From positions 1-64,000 of the IMG/VR virus record IMGVR_UViG_3300006737_000001: a stretch of DNA of 64,000 nucleotides. One strand, 5' to 3'. A program made the position numbers and the translations under genes. The first letter of the stretch is position 1, and every line of letters starts with the position of its first letter. The notes under the pieces were generated by a model that ran no database searches, had not been told where the DNA came from, and saw only the letters and a program-made list of their open reading frames with translations. Shown in pieces: positions 18,180-26,447 of this stretch. This DNA comes from an uncultured virus (IMG/VR IMGVR_UViG_3300006737_000001). Its lineage: Duplodnaviria > Heunggongvirae > Uroviricota > Caudoviricetes.

Positions 18180-18416
18180 ATGAGCCAAGCAACTCAGACT
18201 AAGACCAATCTTCCTTGGAAGAATGGAAGCAAGGAGGTCGACTACTTCGTAGAAATCGGCACGACTCCGTATGGTAAATACGGTTTATACAAAGAAATGA
18301 TTCCTGTAGGAACAGGTAGCAGAGGAAGACACATGGAACTCGCTCGTGAGATTCGTCTGTCAAATCCAGAAGTCTTTGAGAACTTAGAACTAAGACAAAT
18401 AGTCAGCAGGGGTTAA
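18180..18416 (+). CDS. Hypothetical protein
   Basis: 78 aa, leaderless. Confidence 0.7.
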   Translation: MSQATQTKTNLPWKNGSKEVDYFVEIGTTPYGKYGLYKEMIPVGTGSRGRHMELAREIRLSNPEVFENLELRQIVSRG

Positions 18417-18445
18417 CCTTAAATAGGCACACTCATTGGTATAGT

Positions 18446-18778
18446 ATGACTAAAGCAAAGATGGATTACCTTTGGGCTCCAAAGGATGAAAGACTCGTGA
18501 GTTCTTTATTGGACTCGCTGGGATTTGCTCGTGTTGGTGTATCTCAACGATACCCAACCGGAGTAAAGTATGACTGCCTCGTAGCAATATGTGATGTCAT
18601 CGGTTCAAACGATAAGACAGCATCTATGGTTGCATCTCGCACTCATGAACTGCAATCCAAACGGAAAGCAACAGGTAAAGCACCATCGGTTGATTCAGTC
18701 GTTTCTGCTCTTGCATCTGGTAAGATGTCAGAAGCTGATTTGAAGAAAGCGATGAAGAAAGCAGGACTATTGAAATAG
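18446..18778 (+). CDS. Hypothetical protein
   Basis: 110 aa, leaderless from AACCTTAAATAG...TTGGTA. Confidence 0.7.
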   Translation: MTKAKMDYLWAPKDERLVSSLLDSLGFARVGVSQRYPTGVKYDCLVAICDVIGSNDKTASMVASRTHELQSKRKATGKAPSVDSVVSALASGKMSEADLKKAMKKAGLLK

Positions 18779-18789
18779 ATAGATAATAA

Positions 18790-19010
18790 GCACCTGAGCA
18801 AGTCAGAAAACTGCTCACCTTATATTTATGGAAGTAGCTCTTCCGTAATCGGGTATGGCCGAACAAGTCCGCCACGGACTAAGGCACAGGACTGCGCAAA
18901 CCGAGAAGCGACTGCTGGAGGGATGCAAAACTGGTATGGGTTCTACTATGTAGTGGCATAAACCCATTGGAGGTATACATTAAATCCTCCTACCCATCCT
19001 TATTTTTTTT
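18790..19010 (+). ncRNA. Candidate multibranch structured RNA
   Basis: TGAGCA/TGCTCA, TTATGGAAG/CTTCCGTAA, AGTCC/GGACT, ATGGGTT/AACCCAT, GGAGG/CCTCC, GGGTA/TACCC; ends in T8. Confidence 0.5.
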
Positions 19011-19021
19011 ATAATTTTTAT

Positions 19022-19039
19022 TTTTCCACTCGAGTGAAA
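19022..19039. promoter_or_regulatory. Fifth palindromic box without downstream TATA
   Basis: TTTTCCACTCGAGTGAAA. Confidence 0.6.
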
Positions 19040-19485
19040 CTTTTTCAAGATGCCTCAGCTCAACAAACCCCTCCTCCTCAGTTCGCTTTACAGAGCTCGT
19101 GAGAAACCGTTATCGGGCAGTGAGAAACTGCGCTCTCAGTTCAGGTTCAAACCAGAACCAGAGGTCAGTAGGGCCAGATGAGAAAATAGTCTCAGTTGAG
19201 CACAAGCTCTACTAAGATTTTCGGTAGGCTACAATGAGAAAATGCTTAATGGAGCTTAGTTCGACACGTAATGTGTTCGTGCTCGAACTGTAGTAGTAAT
19301 AGTTATCAGCCTATATTATCTCAGTTAAGCTTTATTATAATGCTCTATTACGCAAAGCTCTACTGAGTAATTAAGCTTTACTTAGTTAAGCTTTACTAAG
19401 CTCTTTACTTACAGCAATAATTAGCATAACTAAGCTATATCTTAATATAGTTAATATAGGGAACACGAACTATATAAAGTTTTGC
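19040..19485. repeat. Non-coding short-repeat region (candidate origin or terminal-repeat boundary)
   Basis: TGAGAAA x4, TTAAGCTTTA x3, AAGCTCTACT x2, AT-rich; leftward TATA at 19470-19483. Confidence 0.55.
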
Positions 19486-19586
19486 ACGAAAAAGCACCCC
19501 GTTTTTTATACTCAGTTTATTTTTTGTGCTGGGTTCTCAGTCCACAAGGGGAAACGCTTATATAGGGGTATATTGATGTAGATACG

Positions 19587-19805
19587 ATGACTATGACCGA
19601 CATCGACACATTAGCAATACAACTAAAAAGCATGACTGCCAAACAGTTACAACAACTGTTAAGTGCAACCCCGAACCGAGACGGTTCCGCAATCAAAGCC
19701 CGTAAGATACGTGCAACTGAGACATACTTCAGGAATGTAAAGAACAATGGATTATATCCACATAACTTTGAGTCCTTCCCTCAGTTCAGAGAGGTCTTAC
19801 CTTGA
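19587..19805 (+). CDS. Hypothetical protein
   Basis: 72 aa, 30 nt after GAAACGCTTATATAG. Confidence 0.65.
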   Translation: MTMTDIDTLAIQLKSMTAKQLQQLLSATPNRDGSAIKARKIRATETYFRNVKNNGLYPHNFESFPQFREVLP

Positions 19806-20149
19806 GTGACGTAATCGTTAAGTTCAATAACTACATGACTCAGCACACAGACAAAGTCCCTTTGTTAAGTGTTCAGTCAACTGATGATAAACGTTTCACA
19901 GTGCTGAGGGAATTATTAAATTCCGTCTTCGATGATGTAGAAGACAATGCTTGGTCAGTATCAGTGAACTTAGGAAAGTTCGTAGATGCCCTCAGCACAA
20001 TGGAACAAAAAGATATAGATACTATATCACGAACAGTGAAGAAGTATCAAGTCAAAGGCACTTCGAGTGGTATCTCAGGTGAGAGAACCTATGGATATGA
20101 CCGAAGCCGTGTTGACCGTAAGATGATTAGAAGAAGGAGGGCCAACTGA
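19802..20149 (+). CDS. Hypothetical protein
   Basis: 115 aa, TTGA overlap. Confidence 0.6.
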   Translation: MSDVIVKFNNYMTQHTDKVPLLSVQSTDDKRFTVLRELLNSVFDDVEDNAWSVSVNLGKFVDALSTMEQKDIDTISRTVKKYQVKGTSSGISGERTYGYDRSRVDRKMIRRRRAN

Positions 20150-20262
20150 TGAACTGCGTAGATTGTGGACAGTATTCAACATATGATACAGGTGGACACG
20201 AAGTGAATAAGTATTCATGCGAACACTGTTTAGTAGAAGATTACATTACAGGTGAACTATGA
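20149..20262 (+). CDS. 37-aa zinc-finger microprotein
   Basis: MNCVDCG...CEHC; overlaps both neighbours. Confidence 0.6.
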   Translation: MNCVDCGQYSTYDTGGHEVNKYSCEHCLVEDYITGEL

Positions 20263-21437
20263 GTAGAAGAGAAGGAAGACCATCACCAACTGAGTCAGCT
20301 ACTGACTTCCCTCTACACTATGAACGTGTAGGCGGAGACGGTAGATATTGGCACGTGAGTGAAGACAAGCGTGGAGTGAGAAGATGGAAGAAGGGATTAT
20401 ATCATGGTTCAGATGAGGATAAACTTCTCAGTTCAACAACCGAAACGCTTATAAAGGATGATATATCTGGAGATACAATGGAAGACAAAACCGACCACAG
20501 AGGACTCGACAGTCTATTCGACCGAGACAGTCCCACGTTAGAAGAGGAACCTACCCCCGAAGAAGTGGTAGAAGTAGAGAAAGACACAGTGATGTCTAAA
20601 CTAAGAGGGTCAGTCAATGTGCCCGAAGAGTTTAAATTCGCTGATGACATGACATTCTATACTATGTTGAGAAACATATTTAGAGGTAAAAACATTCTTA
20701 TCACAGGTCCCTCAGGATGTGGTAAGTCGAGTCTCGGTAAGATATTAGCTGATATCACTGCAAAAGACTTTTATAGTTTTAACTTCGGTGACACTATGAA
20801 TCCCTCAGCTAAGTTATTGGGTGACACTAAGTATGACAAAGAAGCCGGAACATGGTTCAAACCATCTCGGTTCGTCAATGCAATACAAAGTGATTCATTC
20901 ATTATGTTAGATGAGGTAACACGTGACCGAACAGGTGACTTAGCTAACATTCTCATGCCGGTATTAGATGGTCAAAAGTATTTAGCTCTCGATGAGAGTG
21001 AAGATAGCGATACTGTCTCAGTTAGTAAAGGTGCGTTCTTTTACGCTACTGCTAACATAGGTAGAGAGTATCTCGGTGCATCTCATGATTTAGACCGAGC
21101 ATGGAAAGATAGATTCACAGGTGGTATATATGAATTAGAATACTTACCACCACAGAAAGAGAAAGAACTGATACAGAACAGAAACCCTCAGCTTACAGAC
21201 TACGATGGTGATAAGATTGTAGACTTTGCTAAGAGAGTGCGTGACTTACATTCTTCAGACGAACTCAATACTGCTGTTTCAACACGTATGTGTTTAGCAT
21301 CGGCTGAGTTAGTTGTTGATGGGATGCCTTTAGTCGATGCACTGAAACACACCTGTTTACCGTTCTACCCTGTTCAGGGTGGTGACGATACTGAGAGAGT
21401 TCGTATTATACAAGTTATTCAATCAATGGGTGAATAG
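20259..21437 (+). CDS. MoxR/CbbQ-family AAA+ ATPase
   Basis: GPSGCGKS, IMLDE, ATAN, LDRAWKDRF, STR sensor 2; alternative start 20478. Confidence 0.88.
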   Translation: MSRREGRPSPTESATDFPLHYERVGGDGRYWHVSEDKRGVRRWKKGLYHGSDEDKLLSSTTETLIKDDISGDTMEDKTDHRGLDSLFDRDSPTLEEEPTPEEVVEVEKDTVMSKLRGSVNVPEEFKFADDMTFYTMLRNIFRGKNILITGPSGCGKSSLGKILADITAKDFYSFNFGDTMNPSAKLLGDTKYDKEAGTWFKPSRFVNAIQSDSFIMLDEVTRDRTGDLANILMPVLDGQKYLALDESEDSDTVSVSKGAFFYATANIGREYLGASHDLDRAWKDRFTGGIYELEYLPPQKEKELIQNRNPQLTDYDGDKIVDFAKRVRDLHSSDELNTAVSTRMCLASAELVVDGMPLVDALKHTCLPFYPVQGGDDTERVRIIQVIQSMGE

Positions 21438-21824
21438 ATGGTTAAGAAGAAAGTATTACGTAGAAAGCACACATATTGGCATCAGTTGGCTAAGTTCCTT
21501 ATACTGAATGGTTACAAACCAACAATGATAGGAAAGATAATCAAGGATGTATTCCCCGATACTGAGGTCAATGGTAGACACGTAGGTGCATACAAACGTA
21601 GATTGATACAAGATGAGGATATTCTCATCCCAAACAAACCAACTATGAATATCAATGAAGTAAGAGAAATAGCTGAAGGCTTAGTTAGTAACGAAGATAT
21701 GTTTATATATAAATGTGTTATCGGTTCAGCTAAGAGAAGCCTTAAGTGCTTCGAGTATAAGTTCCGTAGTGAGGATAAAGATTTAGTAAGTGAGGTAGAT
21801 AAATGGATTATGGCGATTCAATAG
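21438..21824 (+). CDS. Hypothetical (possible HTH) protein
   Basis: 128 aa between AAA+ and vWA genes. Confidence 0.55.
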   Translation: MVKKKVLRRKHTYWHQLAKFLILNGYKPTMIGKIIKDVFPDTEVNGRHVGAYKRRLIQDEDILIPNKPTMNINEVREIAEGLVSNEDMFIYKCVIGSAKRSLKCFEYKFRSEDKDLVSEVDKWIMAIQ

Positions 21825-23917
21825 ATGAATGGACTGAGGACAGTGAAGATGATTTCTGTTATGCGTGTGACGATTGGACTGATGCCGACGGTCATGGCAA
21901 CTGTAAAGATTGTGGCAACAGTTACACTACAGTAGACCCATTCGTCAGTCCGACTATAGCAAAGACATACAGTTCACCCGCACCTACTGTCTCAGCACAT
22001 GGTGACCTTTGGAATAGAGGTTCGGGTTTCACATGGGGTGGTAGTTCATATTGGTCCGGTGGTGGAACTACTTCATGGGGTAATTGGTCTCGGTCTACAA
22101 ACGACAGTGCTCGTATGCTTAAACACAAAAGACATTTAGATTCTCTTTGTAAAGTAGTAGACCCAACTGTGAAACATTCATTACACTTCGCAACTGATTC
22201 GAAGAACTATTCGAACATGGCTAATGGAACTATATATGTAGATGGGACTCTCATTGAGAATGATGATGACAAGCTCGATGTATTAGCTGGTCTCTCAATT
22301 CATGAGAAGTTACACTTAGTTCATACTAAACCATTAACTAAATGGGAACGTGAGTATAGTCACCAAAACCACCTCAGTCCGGCACAGGAAAGATTACTAC
22401 ATAACATATGTAATATTATAGAAGATGAATATATAGAATCTCAGTTAGCTAAGACTCATGCCGGATACACTATGTATATTGAGAAGGTTAAACAACACTT
22501 CTTTGGTAAGCATGGCCACAAGATAGATGAGTTCAACGGTAATCCTATCGCTGACATAATGAATACATTGTTAGCTATGGTAAGATACCCACAATCTATC
22601 TCAGCTGACCGTAGAAAGAAACACTCTAAACATATTCAGTTCTTTGCCCGTGCTCTAAAAGATGCACTAACTGATAGACATTCAACCTTTATGGCTATGG
22701 ATAGTATATATTGTTATATGAATCAACTCGCTAAAGAAGAAGCTAAGAAACACAAAGGCACCGACGAAGAAGAAATACTACGACGTGCTGATGAAAGACT
22801 CAAAGACCTTTTAGGTGAGTGGGGTGAATCTGTTGGTGAAGAGATGTCAGCTGAAGACATGGAACGTATCAAAGATAGACTTATAGAAAAAGAACGTGAC
22901 GAAGCTGAACGTGGTGATAGATATGACCGTAAAGAGAAGTTATCACGAGCTTTGGATAAGTTCGCAAAAGAACTCGCTGATTATAGTTTAGATAGGGATA
23001 CCATCTCAGACGAACTCGCTAATGAAATAGATGAGTTAGCTGACAGTGACTACTCTGAAGAGAAGTGGGATGTGTCCCGTGCTCTCGGTTTGAGACAAGG
23101 TGGTAAAGTTACATGGCGTAATCAAAGAGCCTCTTCAGACTATGATAAGAGTAAATACACTGAGGCTGAAAGAAATATGAAATCAGCAATTGGTCAACTA
23201 AAGAGAAAGATACAACTATATGGTGACACACGTATTAACACCATTCGTAACCAACGAAGAGGTAAGTTAGATAAACGTATGCTACATAAGATACCTCTCG
23301 GTCGACCCGACTTATTCAAGAATGTGATTATTGACGAAGACAAACCACTCGATGTATGTCTCTTAGTCGATGAGTCGGGTAGTATGGGTTCATGGAAGAT
23401 GGCTAAAGCACGTGAGACTGCGATTGCTTTACGTGAATCACTCAAAGACAATCAAGCTCTCAACTTATGGGTGTTTGGTCACACAGCTGACGGTTATGAA
23501 TGGGATGGTAAAGGTGACACTAATATGTCAGTGTATTGGTCACCTACATATAAATCAGATATAAAAGCTATGGGTGCTATGAGAGCACGTAGTGAAAACA
23601 GAGATGGTATGGCTATCCTCGCATCAGCCGAGAGAGTCAAAGCTGAGTCACCCTCATTAGGTGGTAACAAACTTATGATTGTTATCTCAGACGGTGAACC
23701 ATCAGCAGACAAATACAGATTCCCAATCAGTGTGCCACATACTAAGAAGTGTGTCAGACACATAGAGGGACAGGGATGGAATGTAATTCAAATAGGCATC
23801 TCAGGTGCACGTGAACATATTATGAAAGATATGTTTACTAATTACATCCTGTGTGATGATACAGGTGAGTTACCAACTAAGGTAAGTAAAGTAATTAGAA
23901 GGGTGATAAAAATATGA
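21803..23917 (+). CDS. vWA (MIDAS) domain protein, CobT-like partner of the AAA+ ATPase
   Basis: LLVDESGSM, VISDGEP; N-terminal CxxC..CxxC and HEKLH motif. Confidence 0.85.
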   Translation: MDYGDSIDEWTEDSEDDFCYACDDWTDADGHGNCKDCGNSYTTVDPFVSPTIAKTYSSPAPTVSAHGDLWNRGSGFTWGGSSYWSGGGTTSWGNWSRSTNDSARMLKHKRHLDSLCKVVDPTVKHSLHFATDSKNYSNMANGTIYVDGTLIENDDDKLDVLAGLSIHEKLHLVHTKPLTKWEREYSHQNHLSPAQERLLHNICNIIEDEYIESQLAKTHAGYTMYIEKVKQHFFGKHGHKIDEFNGNPIADIMNTLLAMVRYPQSISADRRKKHSKHIQFFARALKDALTDRHSTFMAMDSIYCYMNQLAKEEAKKHKGTDEEEILRRADERLKDLLGEWGESVGEEMSAEDMERIKDRLIEKERDEAERGDRYDRKEKLSRALDKFAKELADYSLDRDTISDELANEIDELADSDYSEEKWDVSRALGLRQGGKVTWRNQRASSDYDKSKYTEAERNMKSAIGQLKRKIQLYGDTRINTIRNQRRGKLDKRMLHKIPLGRPDLFKNVIIDEDKPLDVCLLVDESGSMGSWKMAKARETAIALRESLKDNQALNLWVFGHTADGYEWDGKGDTNMSVYWSPTYKSDIKAMGAMRARSENRDGMAILASAERVKAESPSLGGNKLMIVISDGEPSADKYRFPISVPHTKKCVRHIEGQGWNVIQIGISGAREHIMKDMFTNYILCDDTGELPTKVSKVIRRVIKI

Positions 23918-24009
23918 ATGATGATAATAATATGAAAGAAGCTCAGTGGTTTATATTAATCGCTGGGTTCATGATGTTATGGATGGTCATGATTATGATG
24001 CTGGGTTAA
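23914..24009 (+). CDS. 31-aa membrane microprotein
   Basis: ATGA overlap; WFILIAGFMMLWMVMIMMLG. Confidence 0.5.
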   Translation: MNDDNNMKEAQWFILIAGFMMLWMVMIMMLG

Positions 24010-24010
24010 G

Positions 24011-24424
24011 GGTGACAGGTAATAAGTTGAGACTTATTTTACTTAGTCGGTTTTGCTCATAGCTCAGCTTATTACCCACCAAACGCACGAAGACCTTGAA
24101 CTTTGAAGCTCAGTTTGTTTATCAGGCCACGCTGAAAGTTTTTTCAGAGACATCAGTAGTAGGACAGTATAAACAGAGAGGTAGCTATCGGTATGGTGAT
24201 AGCTGGATACAAAAGAACCAAATATATCGTTTAGCCTAATCATAATGGCGACGAGTATATGTCAAGCATACCTCAGTATACCCCTGTAAATCTATCGTGA
24301 CAGTTATGTCAGATGAGTGTGGAATGCTACATTGTAGCGTGGTATACGAAAAGAAAGAGCACGATGGTTTCAATTGCGAAGCCACACGACTCTTACTGAG
24401 AAGCCGTTCTCTCTTCGTGCACCA
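24011..24424 (+). ncRNA. Candidate structured RNA(s): 14-bp hairpin, then ~340-nt domain closed by 9-bp stem + ACCA
   Basis: GCACGAAGA(24085-93)/TCTTCGTGC(24412-20)+ACCA; at least six internal hairpins; no plausible sense ORF. Confidence 0.6.
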
Positions 24425-24481
24425 CAACCTTTATATAGGATAATCAAATATATTGAAATATAATCAAAAGGAATTGAAAAT

Positions 24482-24919
24482 ATGCAAACATTTTTACCAA
24501 CAAAAAACTTTAGAACATCAGCCAAACTATTAGACTATCGTCGTCTCGGTAAGCAAAGAGTAGAAGGACTTCAGCTCATCAACTCACTCAGTCCGGACTA
24601 CGATAAGAAAGGTTGGCTCAACCACCCCGCACGTTTAATGTGGGTTGGTTACGAAAACGCTTTGAAACATTACACTAACGTAATGATAGAAGAGTGGGTT
24701 GCACGTGGATATAACAACACGATGCAATTATATGAAATAGAAGGGCCGATAGTATACCCTCAATGGTTAGGCTATCCGGAACTGCATAAGTCACATCGAA
24801 TGAACCTACTTCGTAAGGATTACGACTTTTATAAACAGCACTTCGATGACGATGCACAAACGGACCTCACAATCATAAACGAGTATGAATACTATTGGCC
24901 ACCGGAGAAAGAAAGATGA
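24482..24919 (+). CDS. Pyrimidine-dimer DNA glycosylase (T4 endonuclease V-like)
   Basis: MQTFLP...LD.RRLGKQRVE..Q, NHPA..MW.G, SHR.NLLRKD; promoter AACCTTTATATAG 24426-38. Confidence 0.85.
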   Translation: MQTFLPTKNFRTSAKLLDYRRLGKQRVEGLQLINSLSPDYDKKGWLNHPARLMWVGYENALKHYTNVMIEEWVARGYNNTMQLYEIEGPIVYPQWLGYPELHKSHRMNLLRKDYDFYKQHFDDDAQTDLTIINEYEYYWPPEKER

Positions 24920-25013
24920 TAAGAGAATTATTAGTGTGGATAGATAAGAAGTTTGGTTTGAACCGAACTAAGAAACTTATGATAAGACCACGTAAATACG
25001 GAGCAAAGAAAAA

Positions 25014-25202
25014 ATGAACTTAGAACAAGAGAACATGGAACTCAAAGAGATGTTAGCTGGTGCACAGTTGACTGAGGAAAACTTAAAGGATTACCTTTTC
25101 GAGATTTGTGAATATATTCACTACGAGATGCCACTCAAAGAACAGGACCAATGGCTTGAGAGGATGATTGAACTCGGACTATACACACCGGAGTTTGACT
25201 AA
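25014..25202 (+). CDS. Hypothetical acidic protein
   Basis: 62 aa in operon. Confidence 0.55.
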   Translation: MNLEQENMELKEMLAGAQLTEENLKDYLFEICEYIHYEMPLKEQDQWLERMIELGLYTPEFD

Positions 25203-25471
25203 TGGTCACAACTACAGGCGACGCAGTTCACTTTATGAAGATTGTTTTAGATTGGTGTTCACCGAAGGTAGCCCGAATGATGATGGATGATTTAGATTTC
25301 TACATCGCTGAGACTACTGATAACGAATCAGTTCGTGATTCTATTAAGATGGTTAGAGAGTTAATCTATGCGAGAGCAGAAGAGAACTTAGAGTTAGAAG
25401 CTGAAGAATCAGAATGGAAAACAGCTCAAGAAATTATAGACGAACAGAGAAAGTTAGGCAAACCAGAATGA
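25202..25471 (+). CDS. Hypothetical protein
   Basis: 89 aa, TAATG overlap. Confidence 0.6.
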   Translation: MVTTTGDAVHFMKIVLDWCSPKVARMMMDDLDFYIAETTDNESVRDSIKMVRELIYARAEENLELEAEESEWKTAQEIIDEQRKLGKPE

Positions 25472-25578
25472 AGTGTCTCAATAAAAAGTGTAGAGAGAAT
25501 CTTTATGATATGCCCCCACTTAAACAAGTAACGTGTCCCTACTGTGGACTAACACAGGTGCACCCTCCAGAATATTAA
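25468..25578 (+). CDS. 36-aa CPxCG zinc-finger microprotein
   Basis: MKCLNKKC...CPYCG. Confidence 0.6.
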   Translation: MKCLNKKCRENLYDMPPLKQVTCPYCGLTQVHPPEY

Positions 25579-25685
25579 TGTCATTAGCATGGACTGAGTG
25601 TAGGAAATGTGGCAAACGTATCTCAATAGGTGAAGATGGTTTGTTAGACGGAAGATGTTTCCTATGCTCTATAAAGACATTATAA
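25578..25685 (+). CDS. 35-aa zinc-finger microprotein
   Basis: CRKCG...CFLC; TAATG overlap. Confidence 0.6.
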   Translation: MSLAWTECRKCGKRISIGEDGLLDGRCFLCSIKTL

Positions 25686-25813
25686 GCTCCACTTAGCAAA
25701 GCTTTATATATCTCTAAAGGGGAGATATAATAGAGCATGGTTTATAGAGCATGATTAATTAAGCAATTAAGTAGCTCTATACTTACCTCAATATTTGCTC
25801 AGTGAGGCCCATT

Positions 25814-26317
25814 ATGGGAAGAAAGGATACAGGAAAGAATTTCGAAAACGAAATAAGAAGAAGCTTGAAAAGCAGTCGCCACATATGGTGGTTTAGAATA
25901 CAGGATACCAATGACATTAACAGATTCGTCAAAGTCGCAGTCGCTGAGAAGCAACCCGCTGATTTCTTTACAGTCTACCGAAGTAGACCAATTATGCTTG
26001 AGGCTAAAACTTCTCGGAATCTTACTTCTTTTCCTTTACATTATGGTAATACCCCTGCTATCGCTAAGCATCAGATAAGAGAGGGAGCTAAGTTGGAAAG
26101 GGCTGGTGGACTAAGTTTTATCTTGATAAGAAGAGAAGAATACAGAAACAAAAAGACATATGCAATTACACCATCACAGGCTAAATATTTATACAGTAAG
26201 GCTTTCAAAAGAAAGTCAGTTAAATGGAGCTGGTTTGATGAACACGCATACATTGTCGAAAGATTAAAATCACCCTTGAGGTGGAATTTACAAAAATTAT
26301 ACGAAGAAGCAATATGA
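25814..26317 (+). CDS. Holliday junction resolvase (RecU/Hjc-like PD-(D/E)XK)
   Basis: GKNFENEI, PADF, LEAK, HQI motifs. Confidence 0.8.
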   Translation: MGRKDTGKNFENEIRRSLKSSRHIWWFRIQDTNDINRFVKVAVAEKQPADFFTVYRSRPIMLEAKTSRNLTSFPLHYGNTPAIAKHQIREGAKLERAGGLSFILIRREEYRNKKTYAITPSQAKYLYSKAFKRKSVKWSWFDEHAYIVERLKSPLRWNLQKLYEEAI

Positions 26318-26447
26318 AAAAAAGAGCAACTAAAATACCCTACGAAGGATATACCTTACCACCCTCAGCAGAGAAAGGTGGTATGTTTGTAGACTTCAAT
26401 AAGATTATACAGAGAAAACCTGTTAAGAAAGTAAGGATAAAAAAGAA

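Noticed and set aside
16303..19039. Repeated palindromic boxes as a CRISPR or mini-array
   Set aside because: Spacing is 520-900 bp with genes between; boxes abut TATA elements
24236..24427. Minus-strand 63-aa ORF
   Set aside because: Antisense to the transcription direction, no promoter or SD; region better explained by RNA structure
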